From: Conidiobolus incongruus B7586
Lineage: Eukaryota
Assembly: GCA_000697335.1 (NCBI GenBank)
Contig: JNEM01010602.1
Coordinates: 1-44,711 of the forward strand
Reading direction: 5' to 3'
DNA: 44,711 nucleotides
Each line of letters starts with the position of its first letter. Positions within the stretch are counted from its first letter, which is position 1. Positions 11,233-25,914 of this stretch are shown here, piece by piece. The position numbers and the translations under genes were made by a program. A model generated the notes under the pieces. It was not told where the DNA came from. It ran no database searches and worked only from the letters and a program-made list of their open reading frames with translations.

Positions 11233-13392
11233 TTATTTTTGTAAATTATTTATTAGATCTCCATCAACATACTTTTTAACAATACTTACGTTAAAATAAC
11301 TATTAATAAAATTATTCCAAATATTAATTAAATCCTGACTAAACTTGGAATATTTACAAAAATTTGACTATTATAATACAAATTAATATTATACATCAAT
11401 TTAACATTTACAAATTACCTCGATTAAATAGACAGTATTATTTTGATTCATTTGGTCTATTTGATAACTTAATCTAATTCCATCTATCAAACAAAATTTT
11501 ATATATTAATTAAATTGATATTCATAAAATAATTAAGGTAAAATTACCATAAAATCTTTGAGGAAATATAAATCTCGAAAAATAACTCCAAATAGGTAAA
11601 AAATTTAAGAGGTTAATGAATAATTTAAAAATGCCCTGAATCCAGAAAACTAATATCCATCCCTAATTTTATCAAATAAATTGAATAAATATATATCATA
11701 ATTTAAAATAAATTATCAATTACCATAGTGAAATTAGTGTAATAAATGAAAATCGAAGGGAATAAAAAGGTTAAGAAGGTGAATAAAATAGAACCAATGA
11801 TGATGTGATCTAAATGATAATCACCCAAATCGACTCTCTGTCTTAATGGGTTCCACTTTTTACCTATTAAATTGATTAATATCAAATAAAACTATAATAT
11901 TATAAGTTAGTTACCTAGGAATAAGTAATAAAGGGAGATTAAAATAGTTCGATGCCAATAGAAAATTTTTCTAGCAACTAGATAGAACCAATAGATGTGT
12001 AATAAACTGATTGACAAGATATCACACGATAAGCTCAAACAGAAACTCAAACCAAAGAATCCAATTAGACCAATAACTTCGATTAAATCGGAGCAATAGG
12101 GTTTTAGAGGATTTAAAAATAAGACTTAATAATCATTAACAATACAACAAATTGCTAAAATATGTTTAATAATTTACCATTCCAGTTAATAATAAACCAA
12201 GAAAATAAACCACTTAAGAAGTGTACCAATTTACTGTTCAATTTCAGCCCCACGGGATATTCCCTAAGCCAATTCATAATCTCTTGAGGCAGTTTAAGCG
12301 TATATTCATCGATAAAATGAATAGTCAATCGACTGACATGATTTTTATGATTAATTAAATAGTAGCCAATTAAACCGCCCAATATCATATCGAATATAAT
12401 CATGTAGATATTAGACCAAAATCTATTATAAACAAATAAATATATTAAAATTTCACACTTAATCTATGAATTTACTTGAATTGATTAGAATAATAATAAT
12501 TAATAGGCTCTAATTCATAACCCTTCAAAATAATATTGAATTGATTAAAACGAAAGTTTAATTGATTCACTATAAGTCAAAATGCTATGTTAATAACTAA
12601 ATATAAGTATAATAGATTAAAGGTTTACCTAAATTTTCAAAAATAGGAAATTTTAATTGAATTAAATTGTTAAATTGGTCAATTTGGTTAATTGATTTAT
12701 TTTCAATTTTTTGTTGGATTAGAGGATATAAATTAATCTAAAAAACATATAATTAATTAATAATAATAATATTATTATACAATAAATAAATCACCAATTG
12801 AATCAACTGATTAAAATCAATATCCGATTCTAACACGCAAGCATTCTTTAGATGAGCATCCATTTTTACTTGATTCGGATGATTAATGGAATTTAAATTT
12901 TTTATATAATAAAAATTTAATGATGATAAATTGGGTAAATTAAAATAAAATTGTTGAATACTATTAGATTTAATGAGAATGTCATTGGTTTTACTATTGG
13001 TTAATATTATTAGTTATTCATTAATACCTATAAATAATTGATTTACCTGGTTAATTTTAGTTGATATTCATTCGATAGAATGATATCGTCAGGATGAATT
13101 TCAGCCTCATCAATAGGTAATAATTCTCCCAACACCTTAAGCTCATAAGATTGATTTAAATAATGTTTTATCCATTTATTACCGATCTGAATAGTTTCAT
13201 TCACTTCATTATTATCCTAATTTGATATGAATAATTATAAATCATAAATTATTTAATAAGTATAGTGAATACCTTTAATCCTAAAAATAATATTAAAATA
13301 TTAAATTGATTAAATTGAATACCAACGCATTGACCAATTGGTTGAGGTATTGAATGGAGTTTTGGTAAATAAAATTTAACAAATTTTGTCAT
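11233..13392 (-). CDS. GPI1: GPI-GlcNAc transferase subunit Gpi1/PIG-Q, multi-exon
   Basis: Motifs MNWLREYPVGLKLNSKL, SLYYLFLGKKWNPLRQRVD...DHIIIGSILFT.L.FLFP and NFLPIW. Putative ATG at 13392. The last exon ends ...SYFNVSIVKKYVDGDLINNLQK* at 11235-11233. The 5' exon structure is less certain. Confidence 0.88.
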
Positions 13393-14680
13393 TTTTTATT
13401 GTTTGAATTAATACTAAAGGGACTATTTTCTCAAAAACGGTTTAATACGATTATTAAAAATTATGGGATCAATTGTATTAAATTCAATTTTTTTTGAATT
13501 TTTGGTGTATGAAAGATGGATAAAAATGACTTTAAGTTTCGAAATAGATTAGAGATATATATTATCATTGTACTTTTTGAAAAGTTATCATACATTATCG
13601 TTCTGATTATTTCTTATCTAACATTGAATTTGGATTTAAGTGGCAAATCTTTAAAAATAATTCATTTGAGTAAAATTTGCCAATTCAATAATTGCTTAAT
13701 TGAAACCATAAAATAATATAACAATATTATTCGATATTAGATCATATTATATTATTGTATTTATTTATTTATTCATTGTCATATGATTTATAGGTTATTT
13801 AGTAGTACAATTGACTGGGTTTAAATTGTAAATTAATATAGAAAATATATGATATATTTGTATTATAATCAAATGATCAATTTTTGACATCATTAGTTTC
13901 AATTTTAATACTAAAACAAATTAAACAAAAAATCAGAAATAACGCCGATTATTGACAAAAATAATGAATACAAAATCGATAATAATATCATTAGTAACCT
14001 GTAAACCGCTAAATTATATAAATTTATTATTTATAAAGAAAATTAAATTGAATAATGGGAATGTTAAAATAATTATAATTTAATAATTAAAGGTTGAAAT
14101 ATCCTTCAAAATTTGGTAATAATCATTATTCAAATAGAAAATCCTTTCTTCATTATTAATTAAAAAATTAGTACATTGGACTACTTAGTTCAAAGGTGTT
14201 GGGCTGATAAAAATATGATCTACGAATTTAATTCGTGTACTGTTAAATTTCAATCCAATTTTGATTATAAGTATTTGCATAAAATTTAATAAACCTTTTC
14301 AAGTTAAATAAATTCATAAAAATATCTATTAGTTCAATGACTAATGTGATATAATCTTTATAAAGTATTATCAAAATATTTATTAATTTGCATAATAAAA
14401 TGATCTAATATATATACATACGAAATATAAAGCTATCAAAATATTTCAGATAATATGGAGGTAATAATTGCGGATGAAATTAATTGTATCAGCCAAATTC
14501 AATCTGCACAAATTTAGGTAATCTGTTTGAAAGTGCCAAATGATATAAATTGGGTAAACCTGTACAATTTAATGAATTTTTAACTTCTGTCACTTCATCC
14601 TTTGGAACTGAAACCTTCATCTAACTCCACCCACTCATCTAGTACTTAATCTCTATATTCCCCATATTTTTCTCGCTTTC

Positions 14681-16653
14681 ATGTCCAAGTCTTCAGACAA
14701 GCAGATCAACAATCAGCTAGATAAGTTTGAGCCTGAAATGGATCGTTTTTTAAATTATTACAGGAGCGTTCAGGCATTTTTAAAAACACAGCCCTTAGGT
14801 AATAACCATCCATCCAGCAATATTCAGTTTATTAACCCTGATTCCTACGATGTAGTCCACGAAAATGAACAAACTTTTACACCACATCTAATCAAACTCT
14901 CATCCCAGCAACTTCAGCTCTTATTGAAAGATGTCAGCTTGGAAATTATCCGAAGGAAAGAAGGCCTATTGACCAGTGAGTTTCATAATTAAATCAGCAA
15001 TTCAAGTTTCATTAATCAAAGTATTTAGTGTATTTAAAAACAGATCATTTAATCAGTAATGATGTATTTGGAAAGAGATATATATCAGATATTGATGCAA
15101 AATCCTTCAGAACATTAGCAAGTAACTTGCTTCAAGTATTCAAATCCAAGTATCCAAACTTAATGGATGTAAGAATCACCATCATTTGTATTGATAAAAC
15201 TGATAAACTTATATTTTATAATAGTCCATCGACAAATATGATCCCAATATCACTGTATTAAGTGCTTCTTTCAATCAAGATGGTGAAGTCATATCAGATA
15301 TTTCTCCAAATATTTTATCTAGAAAAATCCCTGAATATGAGAATATTAAACAAAAAAGCTCAGACGACACACTTCAATCTGCCTTTGATAGTTTATTGGA
15401 TAACAATAACAAAAATGTAGATCAAGAAATTATACATTAAGACAAATCGTTTACATTGTCTATTTATAGGATAAAATCAGGAAGACTCAAGCTGATTCAT
15501 TATACAATTCTGAAGCTCAAGTTCGAGTAGCATATCAGAGAATTAAAGAGTTAGAACAAGCTTTAAAGGTATGTTGTTGATATTCTAATATAAAAACGAA
15601 TTACTAATATATAATCATAGAGTGTTATTGGAATTAAAGAATCTCAATCTATTGACACACAAGAAGTGCTATCAATTATCGAGTTAAATAAAAAATTAAC
15701 CGAGGTATACTATGTACAATTACCAACTATTTCATTTCTAATCTTTGAACCTTAAAGGATAATGAAAAGTTAAAAAAGAGCGAAAGTCAACTCAAGAAGA
15801 AAATATCGAAACTGGAAGCTGAGTTGAAGAGCACGAACTCAAATCAAATTAAGAATAATCCTAATATAAATAATATCAAACAGGTAATTTAATTTATCAA
15901 ATAGTAAGAGCATACAATTAATAAGATTCATTTTAGGAATCTCAGAAATCAGCTACCAATCAAAAACCACAAATGAATGGTAAAATATTCTTAAGATCTT
16001 TTTATATACCATATTTATTTTTCATTTTAGTTAAAACAGATAATATCGAAAAACAAATCAAGAATTCAGGATATTTCAAAATTCCAAATTCTGAGTTAAA
16101 TCAATTGAAAAGCTGCATTAATGACTTGTTGTATGCAGTTAAATCCCAGAAATCATCACAGGTCCTATCTGTCACACAAAAAGTTATCACTTCTTACCAT
16201 CCAGTCATAAAACAGTTAGGAGATATTAAGGATTCAAACGAAGTTCATTCATCGGAAGAAATCGCCAAACTAAATAATTTGAGATCTTCTATTTCTAAGA
16301 ATATCAAACTAATCCTCTCATGCTCCAAATCCTATTCCTCCAATCCAGATCCTTCCCTCATGTATCAATTCGAATCTTTGGCAGAAAGCTTGAAGGACTA
16401 TACTGAACAACTTGAAAAATTGAGCTCATCTCAACCAGCTAATATTGCTAACAAAGCAATTCAGTTTGCCAAATGCTCAAAACCAAATCCTCTGAAAATA
16501 ATTGTTGGTGACATCAGCTGCAGCTCTGACGATGACAAATTCCCCGAAACACCGCTAACCGGTGGACTAGAAACCTCCGGTATTTACAATCTCGGTGGAT
16601 TGGTTTACTCTCCAGCACTTACACAAGACATTTATCCTATTAGGACTATTTAA
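14681..16653 (+). CDS. Divergent Spa2/GIT-like polarisome scaffold (two Spa2-homology repeats, coiled coil, C-terminal helical region), multi-exon
   Basis: LIKLSSQQLQLLLKDVSLEIIRR and ISDIDAKSFRTLASNLLQVFKSKYP resemble the two SHD/GIT repeats (consensus like KL..LS..QF.EL.TDVYDEL.RR). Coiled-coil exons lie at about 15470-15882. LKSCINDLLYAVKS resembles the Spa2 C-terminal region. Confidence 0.62.
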
Positions 16654-17427
16654 TGATCTGCATTCAATAATTGTGCTTAATTCATTTCGAATCAATAATT
16701 AATTAATATACTGTTTATATTGATTGAAAATGGAAAATAATTAGATCATGCTTAATGAGAAATGATAATCGAATTCACGCTTTAATTTATAATCTAATCA
16801 GTAATGGTGTATAATATATTTAAAAAATGAATAAACAATTAATTAATTTTATCAAATACCTTTTTATATCACATGTATTTTCTTAAACTAAATTATTATA
16901 TAAAATTTTTAGTTCATTTTACTATGACACTAAATTGTCAACATTATTTAAAAAACGTCTATGATATATAATTGTGATGTTATTATATAAACTAATTAAA
17001 AATGTATAATAAAGTTTTATTTGATATATTTACTATGCAAATATTGTGTTTTTATATTGTTATATTAAATCAATTATATTCTTATATGAAGGAATATTAA
17101 CATTTATTGTATTTATAATATAAAAATTGTCAGTATTTTAATTATAAAGAGTTTAATTCATTAATTTTAAGATGAATCTATTTATTAATATTAGATAGTT
17201 ACATTTGTCTAAAATATTCTTACTAAAAGTAGATTTTATACTATTAAACTATTTTACATTTAAGTAATGCCAAGTTTGAAAGAATGATTATAAATTATAA
17301 TCCCATAAATATTTTTTAATCAAATTGAATATAAATACTGCATTCAAACTGTGTCTTAAACTATTGAATTACATAATGAATAAACAATCATAAATATTAT
17401 TAACTAAATATAAATAAAATAATCAAA

Positions 17428-20400
17428 ATGGACAAAGAAGAATCAAAAATGTTTTATTTGCATCATCAAAAATTCACTCTTGACATTGATATGAACTCAA
17501 GAGTCATATTGGTAATTTCCCTTTGACATTCATTTTATAGTTAAATTTATTGAACTCTTTTATTTCAGGGTTTTACAGAACTACAAATTTATTTTAATAC
17601 TGTTGAAGCTCAATTTATAAGATTAAATGTTAAAAAAGCTGGTAAAATTTTCATTCGGTTTAATTTATTATTGAATTTTCTAATTTTTACTCTATTAAAG
17701 ATATACTCAGTGTTAAAGTAAACGGAATAAAAGCTAAATATGATAGATATGACCCTTGTTTTGAGCTCTGTAACTCTGTAGAATTATCTAAAGCTTCACC
17801 TAATTGTTATTATTCTTTTAAAAAATTATATGACTTGGCTCAAGCGAGTGGAGATCATGGAGAATTGGTAATTTTGATTCCGCCTGAAATTAATTTAAAT
17901 ATGGTATTTTATCTTGTATATTTATTGCTCTGCTTATATTATTAACCTTAATACCTTTCAGAATCTTTCTCCTAATGTTACCAATCCAACTGGTAAATTC
18001 AACATTATGTTTTCAATTTCATAACTTACTAATTTTTTGAAGGAGTTTCCTCAGTGCCGTTATTAGTTCAAATTGAATATTTAGTTAGTTCACCTGAAAC
18101 TGGTGTTTTATTTTCATCAAATGGAAGAGAATCGGACGTTCAGGTATTTGAAATTCCTTCAAACTTTTTTTACAAAGACTAAAAAAATACTAGAAATCTT
18201 CTTATTTCTATACCAGCAATCACTTAGGACCCGGAGATGTTAGATGCTGGCTTCCATGTCTCGATGATATGCATGAACGATGTACTTGGGAAATGAATTT
18301 TGTAGTCACACAACCTGAAACAGATTTATCAAAATCAAAATTATCAGTAATAGCATCAGGAGAACTAATAGGACAGGAAACACATCCTCATGACCCAAAC
18401 AGGATGATTTATAAATATTATGTATCTTTTCCATGTCCTGCATATCTATTATCGTTTGCAATTGGAGATTTTGAAAATATTGTTTTTGGTGAAATGGAAG
18501 GATATGCACCCCAAACCGACTCAAATGAGAAATTAACACTTGACATGAGTAAAGCTGTCGTTGCATACTGCCCTAAAGGATGGAAACACGAACTTAAAAA
18601 CTCTAGTGAGGTTGTAAGCAAAGCTATGAGCTTTTATATAAATAATTTTAGTACATATCCTTTTGACTCATTTAAACTTGTCTTTTTGGAAACTTCACAT
18701 TCGCCAGTTAGCATCGGTGCAGAGGTTGCAATCCTTGGTCTCAACTTTTTATTCTCAGAAGATATTATTGATCAAGCTTATGAGACACGGAGAGCTATTG
18801 GTCTCGCTTTGGCTACACAGTGGTTTGGTGTCAATGTCGTTCCAAAACTATGGTAAAATAATTATTTTATTACCTATCATATTAAAATTATGCTTACTAT
18901 GTTATATAGCTCTGATATTTGGTTGATACTGGGATTAAGTGGATTCATGAATTCTTTATTTTTAAAATCACATTTTGGAGTAAATGAATATCGATACAGG
19001 TTAAAAATGGTATTATTGAACTACAATGTTTATTTATAACAATAACTCAACAGTTTATAGGATATGATAAGAGTATGTCAACTCGACTCCAACCGCCCGC
19101 CTCTATGTAACGCTTTAATGACTTGTCCATATGATCCAGAAGATTTGTATTTTATGAACCTTAAAGCTCCAATCGTCTTATATATGATCAATAAGCAAAT
19201 GGTTAAAAGTGGTAAATCCCACGGACTATTTAGGGTAATACCAGAAATAATAAGAGCAACCATGAGTGGAGAATTTGGAGTTGGAAATTCTCTTAGTACT
19301 CACTGGTTCTTAAAATGTTGTAGAAAAATGAGTAAAGTTGATTTTAAATCCTTTGCAGAACAATGGATCTATGGAAGCGGTTGTCCAAAATTTACCTTTA
19401 CCTACTCATTTAACAGAAAGAAGATGGTTGTTGAAATCAATATGACCCAAACAACCACAAATGATGGTATTAATCAAGAAGACAAAGCTTGGCTTGAAAT
19501 CGTGAAACCAACAAAATACTTTACTGGTTATATGACGGCCTGTATTTGTGAAGCAGATGGAACACCATATGAACATATCCTTGATATCCAAGAGCCAGAA
19601 AAGAAGTTTGAAGTTCAGTTTAATACCAAATATAAGCGTATTCGTAGAAATACCAAAAGATTTCAACTTCGAAAACAAGCCGCTGCAGCTGCTGAAGCAA
19701 TTGTTAAAGATCAATTGGATGTAGATAATGCGGAAGTAGACGATCTGTTTTTGGCTGAAGAAGGAAATGAAAAAGAAAAAGAGGAATGGCAAATTGTTGA
19801 GTGGGGTGAAGATGATGAAGAAAGTTTAGCTAGGTAAACGACATAATTGAATAGTGTACTTATTTTAAAATATTTAACTTTTGCAGTGCAACCTTTGAGT
19901 GGATTCGTATGGATTCTGATTTTGAATGGATCTCTGAAATTACTCTTGATCAACCGGATTACATGTGGGCGGGTCAACTGGAAAAAGATCGCGACGTAGT
20001 TTCTCAATATGAAGTGAGTTTAATTTTATATTCAATTGAATATTTATTAACATTATATTAGGCTGTTCAAGCATTAAAAAATCTGCCTTCTGCCGCATGT
20101 TCCACAACTTTGCTTCGCACAGTTATGAATAGTCAATGCTATTACCGAGTAAGAGGAGAAGCAGCGCACGCTTTAGTATATGTAAGCATTGCAACATATA
20201 TAAACATTTTTCAAAAAATTAATTACCTCATAAATTCTTATAGTGCGCCAAATCTAGATTCAACAATATTGGCCTATACCATCTTTTGAAAATATTTCAT
20301 CGCAAATATTGTTGTAATATTCTTAATGAAGGTGAAGAATTGGATCGTTTCGTGTTGAAACCTAATGACTTTTCTAATTTATCCGAATATTTCGTTCAAA

Positions 20401-22542
20401 AAGTATAATATTTCACATTTAGAATTTTATTTATCTAATTTCTTTAGTCTATTATTCTAGCATTATCTCAAGTTCGTGATGACTATAACGAAGCTCCTTC
20501 TGTTGTTATCAACTTGATCTTGGAGCTACTTAAAATGAATGATAACTCTAGCAATTCAGTAAGTTTATTTTTAGCTAAAAATGTTGACTTTTATTAATAT
20601 AAATATATCTCTAGTATTCAGATAATTTCTACATTAGTTCTTTGATTATTGCAGTTGGATTTATCATTGAGTCTAAATGCTCTAGTCATTTGAATGGATT
20701 AGACGCTGTATGTACATCACTACTTGAGGAATTAAAGAGATATAATACTATCGACAGAGTAATTCCTTCATACCACAACTCAATCACTGTCAGCTGTATT
20801 CAAGTAAATATTATTACTCACATTTTTCTTATTTATTTCTAATTCACATTAACAGGTGTTCACCAAATTATCTTTAAAGCGGATTATACCACTCGATTTG
20901 GTATTCTTTTTAAAATATACTAGGTATATTTTAAACATATGATGTTAAACATAATCTAATATTATTTAGATATGGAAATTATATCCATGTAAGATATGCT
21001 GCATTTGATGCTATTCTATTGCTTGGTGGTCTGTTGAATGCATCAATTTTTGACTATGTGTTCAACACGATTTCTAGTGATCCTGAACCTCAAATGAGAT
21101 ATTATTTAATTCAAAAACTCAATCGTACTTATGCTTTAATTAATGTCCGATTAAACGATCCATCTCAAAATGAGGATCATTCCGATTTTATCGATCAGAA
21201 TTATCTTGATCTGCTAGAAGAAGGCGGTTATATCGCTCCAAATACTCCTGTTCTTTTTCCCCATGATGAAAAATTAAGAGCGGTTGCATGGTCAAAGCTT
21301 CATGATCCAAACACAGACCTTCGAGTCCGCAATGCCCTTTTTACTCTTTGTAAACTGATTCCAAGCAATTCAAAGCGTGAGACACTAGACTTTTCATTAT
21401 TCAAAATTCGTATTCCTATGGAAATTAATGAATCATCCTTGAACTTTGATATAAATCCCAACGGTGTACATGAAGCTAATGGTATAAAGCCTCAAAATGA
21501 TATACAAGTTGAAGATATCCCCGATCCCGATTGGAGTGTTTATGATATTGACGATGCTGTGTTCGACCCCGTCGTTGTTAATCCACCTTTTAATAAGCCA
21601 GCTTCTGTTGGGTCACATAAAATTAAAGAACCAGCACCAATTCATCCAAATGGATCAAGAAAGTTACCCGACTCTACTAAATCGACGAGTTTGCAAACAA
21701 AACCCAAAGAGCTACATGCTCCATCTCAAGAAAAACAAACCAAAAAATCATCAAAATATGTTGCACCTGAAACCGGAACTAAAAAATCTTTACCTACTGA
21801 TATTTTTATTTCTAAGCGTCATGATATTAAAGAAGAAAATATTAATGTTGATATCGAAAGTATATCCGCACCAGAACATGATCACAAAGATAGACTCCAA
21901 TCCGATCCCTTGGGTAGCCTTAATAAACATGAACTTGATCAACCAACAGAAGTTAAACCAAAAAAGAAGCCCAAGTTACCAAGTCCAACAAATTTATCAA
22001 TCGACACCCCTCGAAGTCTTCCGGATACTTCTCATGTCAATGATTCAACTAGATATTTATCTGATTCTGGAAAGGTCTCCGCATTAAATTTAGCATCTTC
22101 ACATCACAAATCAAGTAGCTCTCGCCCTATTGATCAATTACGAGAATCAGAACATAAGAAACTCTCTTCACCACATTATTATTCAGACTCAAAAGACCAT
22201 CATAAAACTTCTAAGAACCGTCATGAGAGTCGTTCAGAACCAACGGATCATCATAAACCATCCTCCAGACATCGACATGAAATTCGCCCAGATCCTCTCG
22301 ATCAGCATAAATCAACTTCTAGACACCATCATGAGAACCGTCCACCATCACGAATTGAGCCTCATCATGGTAGAAAATCTTTAATTGTGAAACTAATACT
22401 ACCTAAAACTGATGATCCTACTGGTGCTCATCGACATCACAAACCCTCCACCGAAAGATCTCATCCCCCTTCTTCGCATCGCGAAACTCCAAGTTCTCCG
22501 AAGAAATTTAAAATTAAATTGAAATTGAATCCCCAGTCTTAA
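17428..22542 (+). CDS. TAF2: TFIID subunit 2 (aminopeptidase-like fold), many short introns, long disordered C-terminal tail
   Basis: HQKFTLDID...GFTEL, RCWLPCLDDMHERCTWE, LATQWFGVNVVP..WSDIWL, FAEQWIYGSGCPKF, FNRKKMVVE, EADGTPYEH, VQFNTKYKRIRR, WIRMDSDFEW, DRDVVSQYEA, NDNSSNSYSD and PSYHNSITVSC. Confidence 0.96.
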
Positions 22543-25290
22543 ATAATAATACCATCATGTTGTATTTTTATCACCATTTAGCATCCTTGATACTATATTA
22601 TATTTAGTTTAATAAAATCATTTGTTCATAATATTTTCGTTTTTCTTTGAATCTATTGTTCAAAATCTAAGCTAACAATTAGTTATTTTTGTTATGAAAA
22701 TTTTGAGAGAATAAGGTTTTTTACAATTGGATTAATTTTTAAAAACTTTCAATCAAGGTTTGGTAGTACTTTATAGATTTTGTATTAAGTCAATATATTT
22801 TATCAAAGAGAAAAATATTACACAACTATAATTCAAGCTTTGATTTTTTCATATATTGAAAAATTTATATAATCCCTTGTGTTTATAAGACCAAATGCTA
22901 ACTATTCATTATTCAAGTTTATTTTCCAAATTCTTGCATATCTTTAGGAATTTTTAAATTTTGATTAATTTTTGAACCTGCATCTTAATATATTACTAGA
23001 TTCCAAATATCAAATTAGGTTTATCATGATTTGAAGCTATAGTAGAATATATTATAACTTGAAATGATAATGAATGATTATGAGACTTATAAAGGAATAT
23101 ATTACGTGTAAACTTGTTTTGAATAAATGATTAATTATTAAATAAAATCATAATATTACTATTGTATTATTTTGAATTAATAACAAATTTAATTTACATA
23201 TTCAATGTTCATTTAATATATATTATTTATGGCATATATAATTATTATTTTTTTTTGATTATTGGTATATATTAATAATCTAAGTTATTACCTTTTTTGA
23301 ACCGGGGCAAATTATGATGTAAGGTTAATATTTTAATTGTTTAGTTTGAATATATAATGCATACTAATAAAAGCGATAAAGTTAACATATTTAATGAAAT
23401 TACTTATTCTTATATATTATATATTTTGTTTAATGAAAATCATAATCAAATATCTTGCTATCAAATTTATTTTATTTGATTCAATTAAATTCAAAATTTT
23501 TCTAATAAATAGGAATGCCTTAATTAGAATAACTTATATTTACAACTTTTATTGGATGTTTGAGGTTAAAGCATTTCAACAGTATATATCAATTACTATG
23601 AGATTGAGTTGGGTATATTTAATAAAATTAACATCAAAGCATGTTGATATTTTATATTTCATCTGTATAATTTCAAATAGTGTTGTTCAACTAAATAAAT
23701 AAATATATATATATATACCAACTAGGCTGCGCAATGTGCTATTGAAAGGATGTTAATATATATTTATAGAAATATATATACTTATGAAGTTATCTTGAAT
23801 TAAATTATTCTTAAATAACAACCTATTGATCAGATTTAATTATGAAATTACTCAAGTTTTTTGTGATTTTAATTTGATTTGGATCATGCTGTGAATCATT
23901 TTAAAATATATTATAATTTTGGGTTCTACAATATATAGCTCAAAATCATAAATAATTATTATTTTGCTATAATTGTTAAATCATTCAATGATTTATTATT
24001 AAAAATTCATTTTAAATAAGAGAATTCCTGAATTAAATTTCTAATTTTAACCTAATAACCTGATTTCAAGTACTCAGGTTTAAATAATGATAAGACTCTT
24101 TGTATGAGTTTTAACTCTATTTCTCCAGAATACCAACATAATTTAAGATATTTAAAATTAGTGAGTATTTGTCATATAAAATTTATTGAAAATTTTTAAA
24201 ATTTTGGAATTTGAATTACGTATCTGAACAATATAATTTATATTGTTTCGAGTCACCATTGTTTAATATATTTCAATACTTAAATATTACATGGCTTATT
24301 GTATTTATTAAATTGAAATAATTTAATATCAATTACGTTATATTTCTTTCAATTGAATTTTCTAAATTTGAATTTATATTTAATTATATCTGTCTACACA
24401 TTTCAATATAAAACATAAGATATCATTCTGCTAGACCCAATTTTTTTAAATATGAATATTCTATGATTGTTGCGTATATTAATATAAACCATGCAGCTTT
24501 TTTCAATCAATCTAATACTTTTTGGATATAACTCAATATTAGAAATTAAATGTCCAAGATTCAAGAATAAATCTAATTTAATATGCAAGTATGTACTTTC
24601 GATGCAAGATGCATAACACTGTTGACAGGAATAAAGAATAATCTTAGGATAATTCAATCACATGTATTGATATATATAGTTAAATTAGCTCTTCATAAAA
24701 TTCTAATTATCATTAACAAATTAATTTTCAGAATTTGGAAAAAAAACAATGTCATTAAATAATTAGTTTATTTAAGTTTCTAATAAGATATCATGCACCT
24801 CAATCATACAAAGCATTGTAAGGTTATTAAATATAACAAATAAAAAATTTTCCAGTTAATTTGAAAATCTCTCCAAATAGCGATATTTTATTAATATTAT
24901 TTAGTTTTGTAAGTATTGAGTACGAATGAAATATGTTAGCAAGCATTGAGTATATTTTTTGTTACTAAAAGATATTCATGTAATCTAGCTACTTTTACTA
25001 TAATAATATTTTTTTTCTTGGCTTATTATTTAATCGATATTGTTAGATAATATCTATGATATCCACTTATATTAATTGTACAGAATGTTAAAATAATGAC
25101 ATCAATTTTCTTAAATAATATAGATTGTAGATTAGTGAACAGTTTACAGGTTTTTAACTGGACTTGTAAAAGCATTGGCGTATATATATGGTAGCACAAT
25201 CTTAATTTGACATGTTTATCAATTCCACCTTTGACATAAAAACGCACTCCTTCACATTATTCACTATTTGATCGTTCTTGTTTAATTAAT

Positions 25291-25914
25291 ATGATATCTA
25301 ATAAAGCTCATTTTTATATCATCCTATTATTTATTGTTGGGTTGGCCTGGGGCCATCCTAGTCGTCCTAAAAAATGCCGCAGTCGCTATCATCAATCTTG
25401 GAGTACCGAAACAAGTTATGGTACTCAACCAACGTCATCCTTCACCACCATTCAATACGAAGAAAAAGAAACTGCTAAGCATATGACATCAGGATATCCT
25501 ATTTTACCTACTACTCAAGATGAATCAACTGAATTGCCCTCTAAAACCACCACTATCATCCCTACTACAACCGATTCAGCTGATGTTATTACCAATACTA
25601 CTGTTTCAGTTGATCCTACCACTACTACTGATGCTGCCCATTATATCACCAAATCTACTATCAATTTTACCACTACTACTGAGTCTACTACTACTACTAC
25701 TACTAAATCTACCATTGCCACCAGCCTTATCCCATCAGAAACCGGCAACAATTATCCAATTAACGATACAACTCCTCATACAGCAGTGCTGGCATATCAC
25801 AACTACGACTCCAATGATAATTATGTACAATCATCCAATGCAATCAAAAATTTTAACTCATTTCAATACACACTTATTGTCTGTATTGGTTCTTTAATTT
25901 ATTATTTAATATAA
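25291..25914 (+). CDS. Secreted Ser/Thr-rich, probably GPI-anchored cell-surface protein
   Basis: N-terminal signal peptide (FYIILLFIVGLAWG), a Thr-rich mucin-like centre, then small residues (SSNA) and a hydrophobic C-terminus (YTLIVCIGSLIYYLI). Confidence 0.75.
   Translation: MISNKAHFYIILLFIVGLAWGHPSRPKKCRSRYHQSWSTETSYGTQPTSSFTTIQYEEKETAKHMTSGYPILPTTQDESTELPSKTTTIIPTTTDSADVITNTTVSVDPTTTTDAAHYITKSTINFTTTTESTTTTTTKSTIATSLIPSETGNNYPINDTTPHTAVLAYHNYDSNDNYVQSSNAIKNFNSFQYTLIVCIGSLIYYLI

Noticed and set aside
12155..12177. Apparent 23-nt intron in GPI1
   Set aside because: That acceptor leads to an in-frame stop. The AAG acceptor at about 12125 (53-nt intron) restores the GPI1 frame.
18306..22384. 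Extra ORFs inside TAF2 on both strands
   Set aside because: Shadow frames of TAF2 exons.
23394..25247. ORFs 23394-23702, 24403-24657 and 25026-25247 (likewise 13516-13716 and 42992-43195)
   Set aside because: I/L/F/Y/K/N-rich translations expected by chance from AT-rich intergenic DNA, with no GC rise or motifs.
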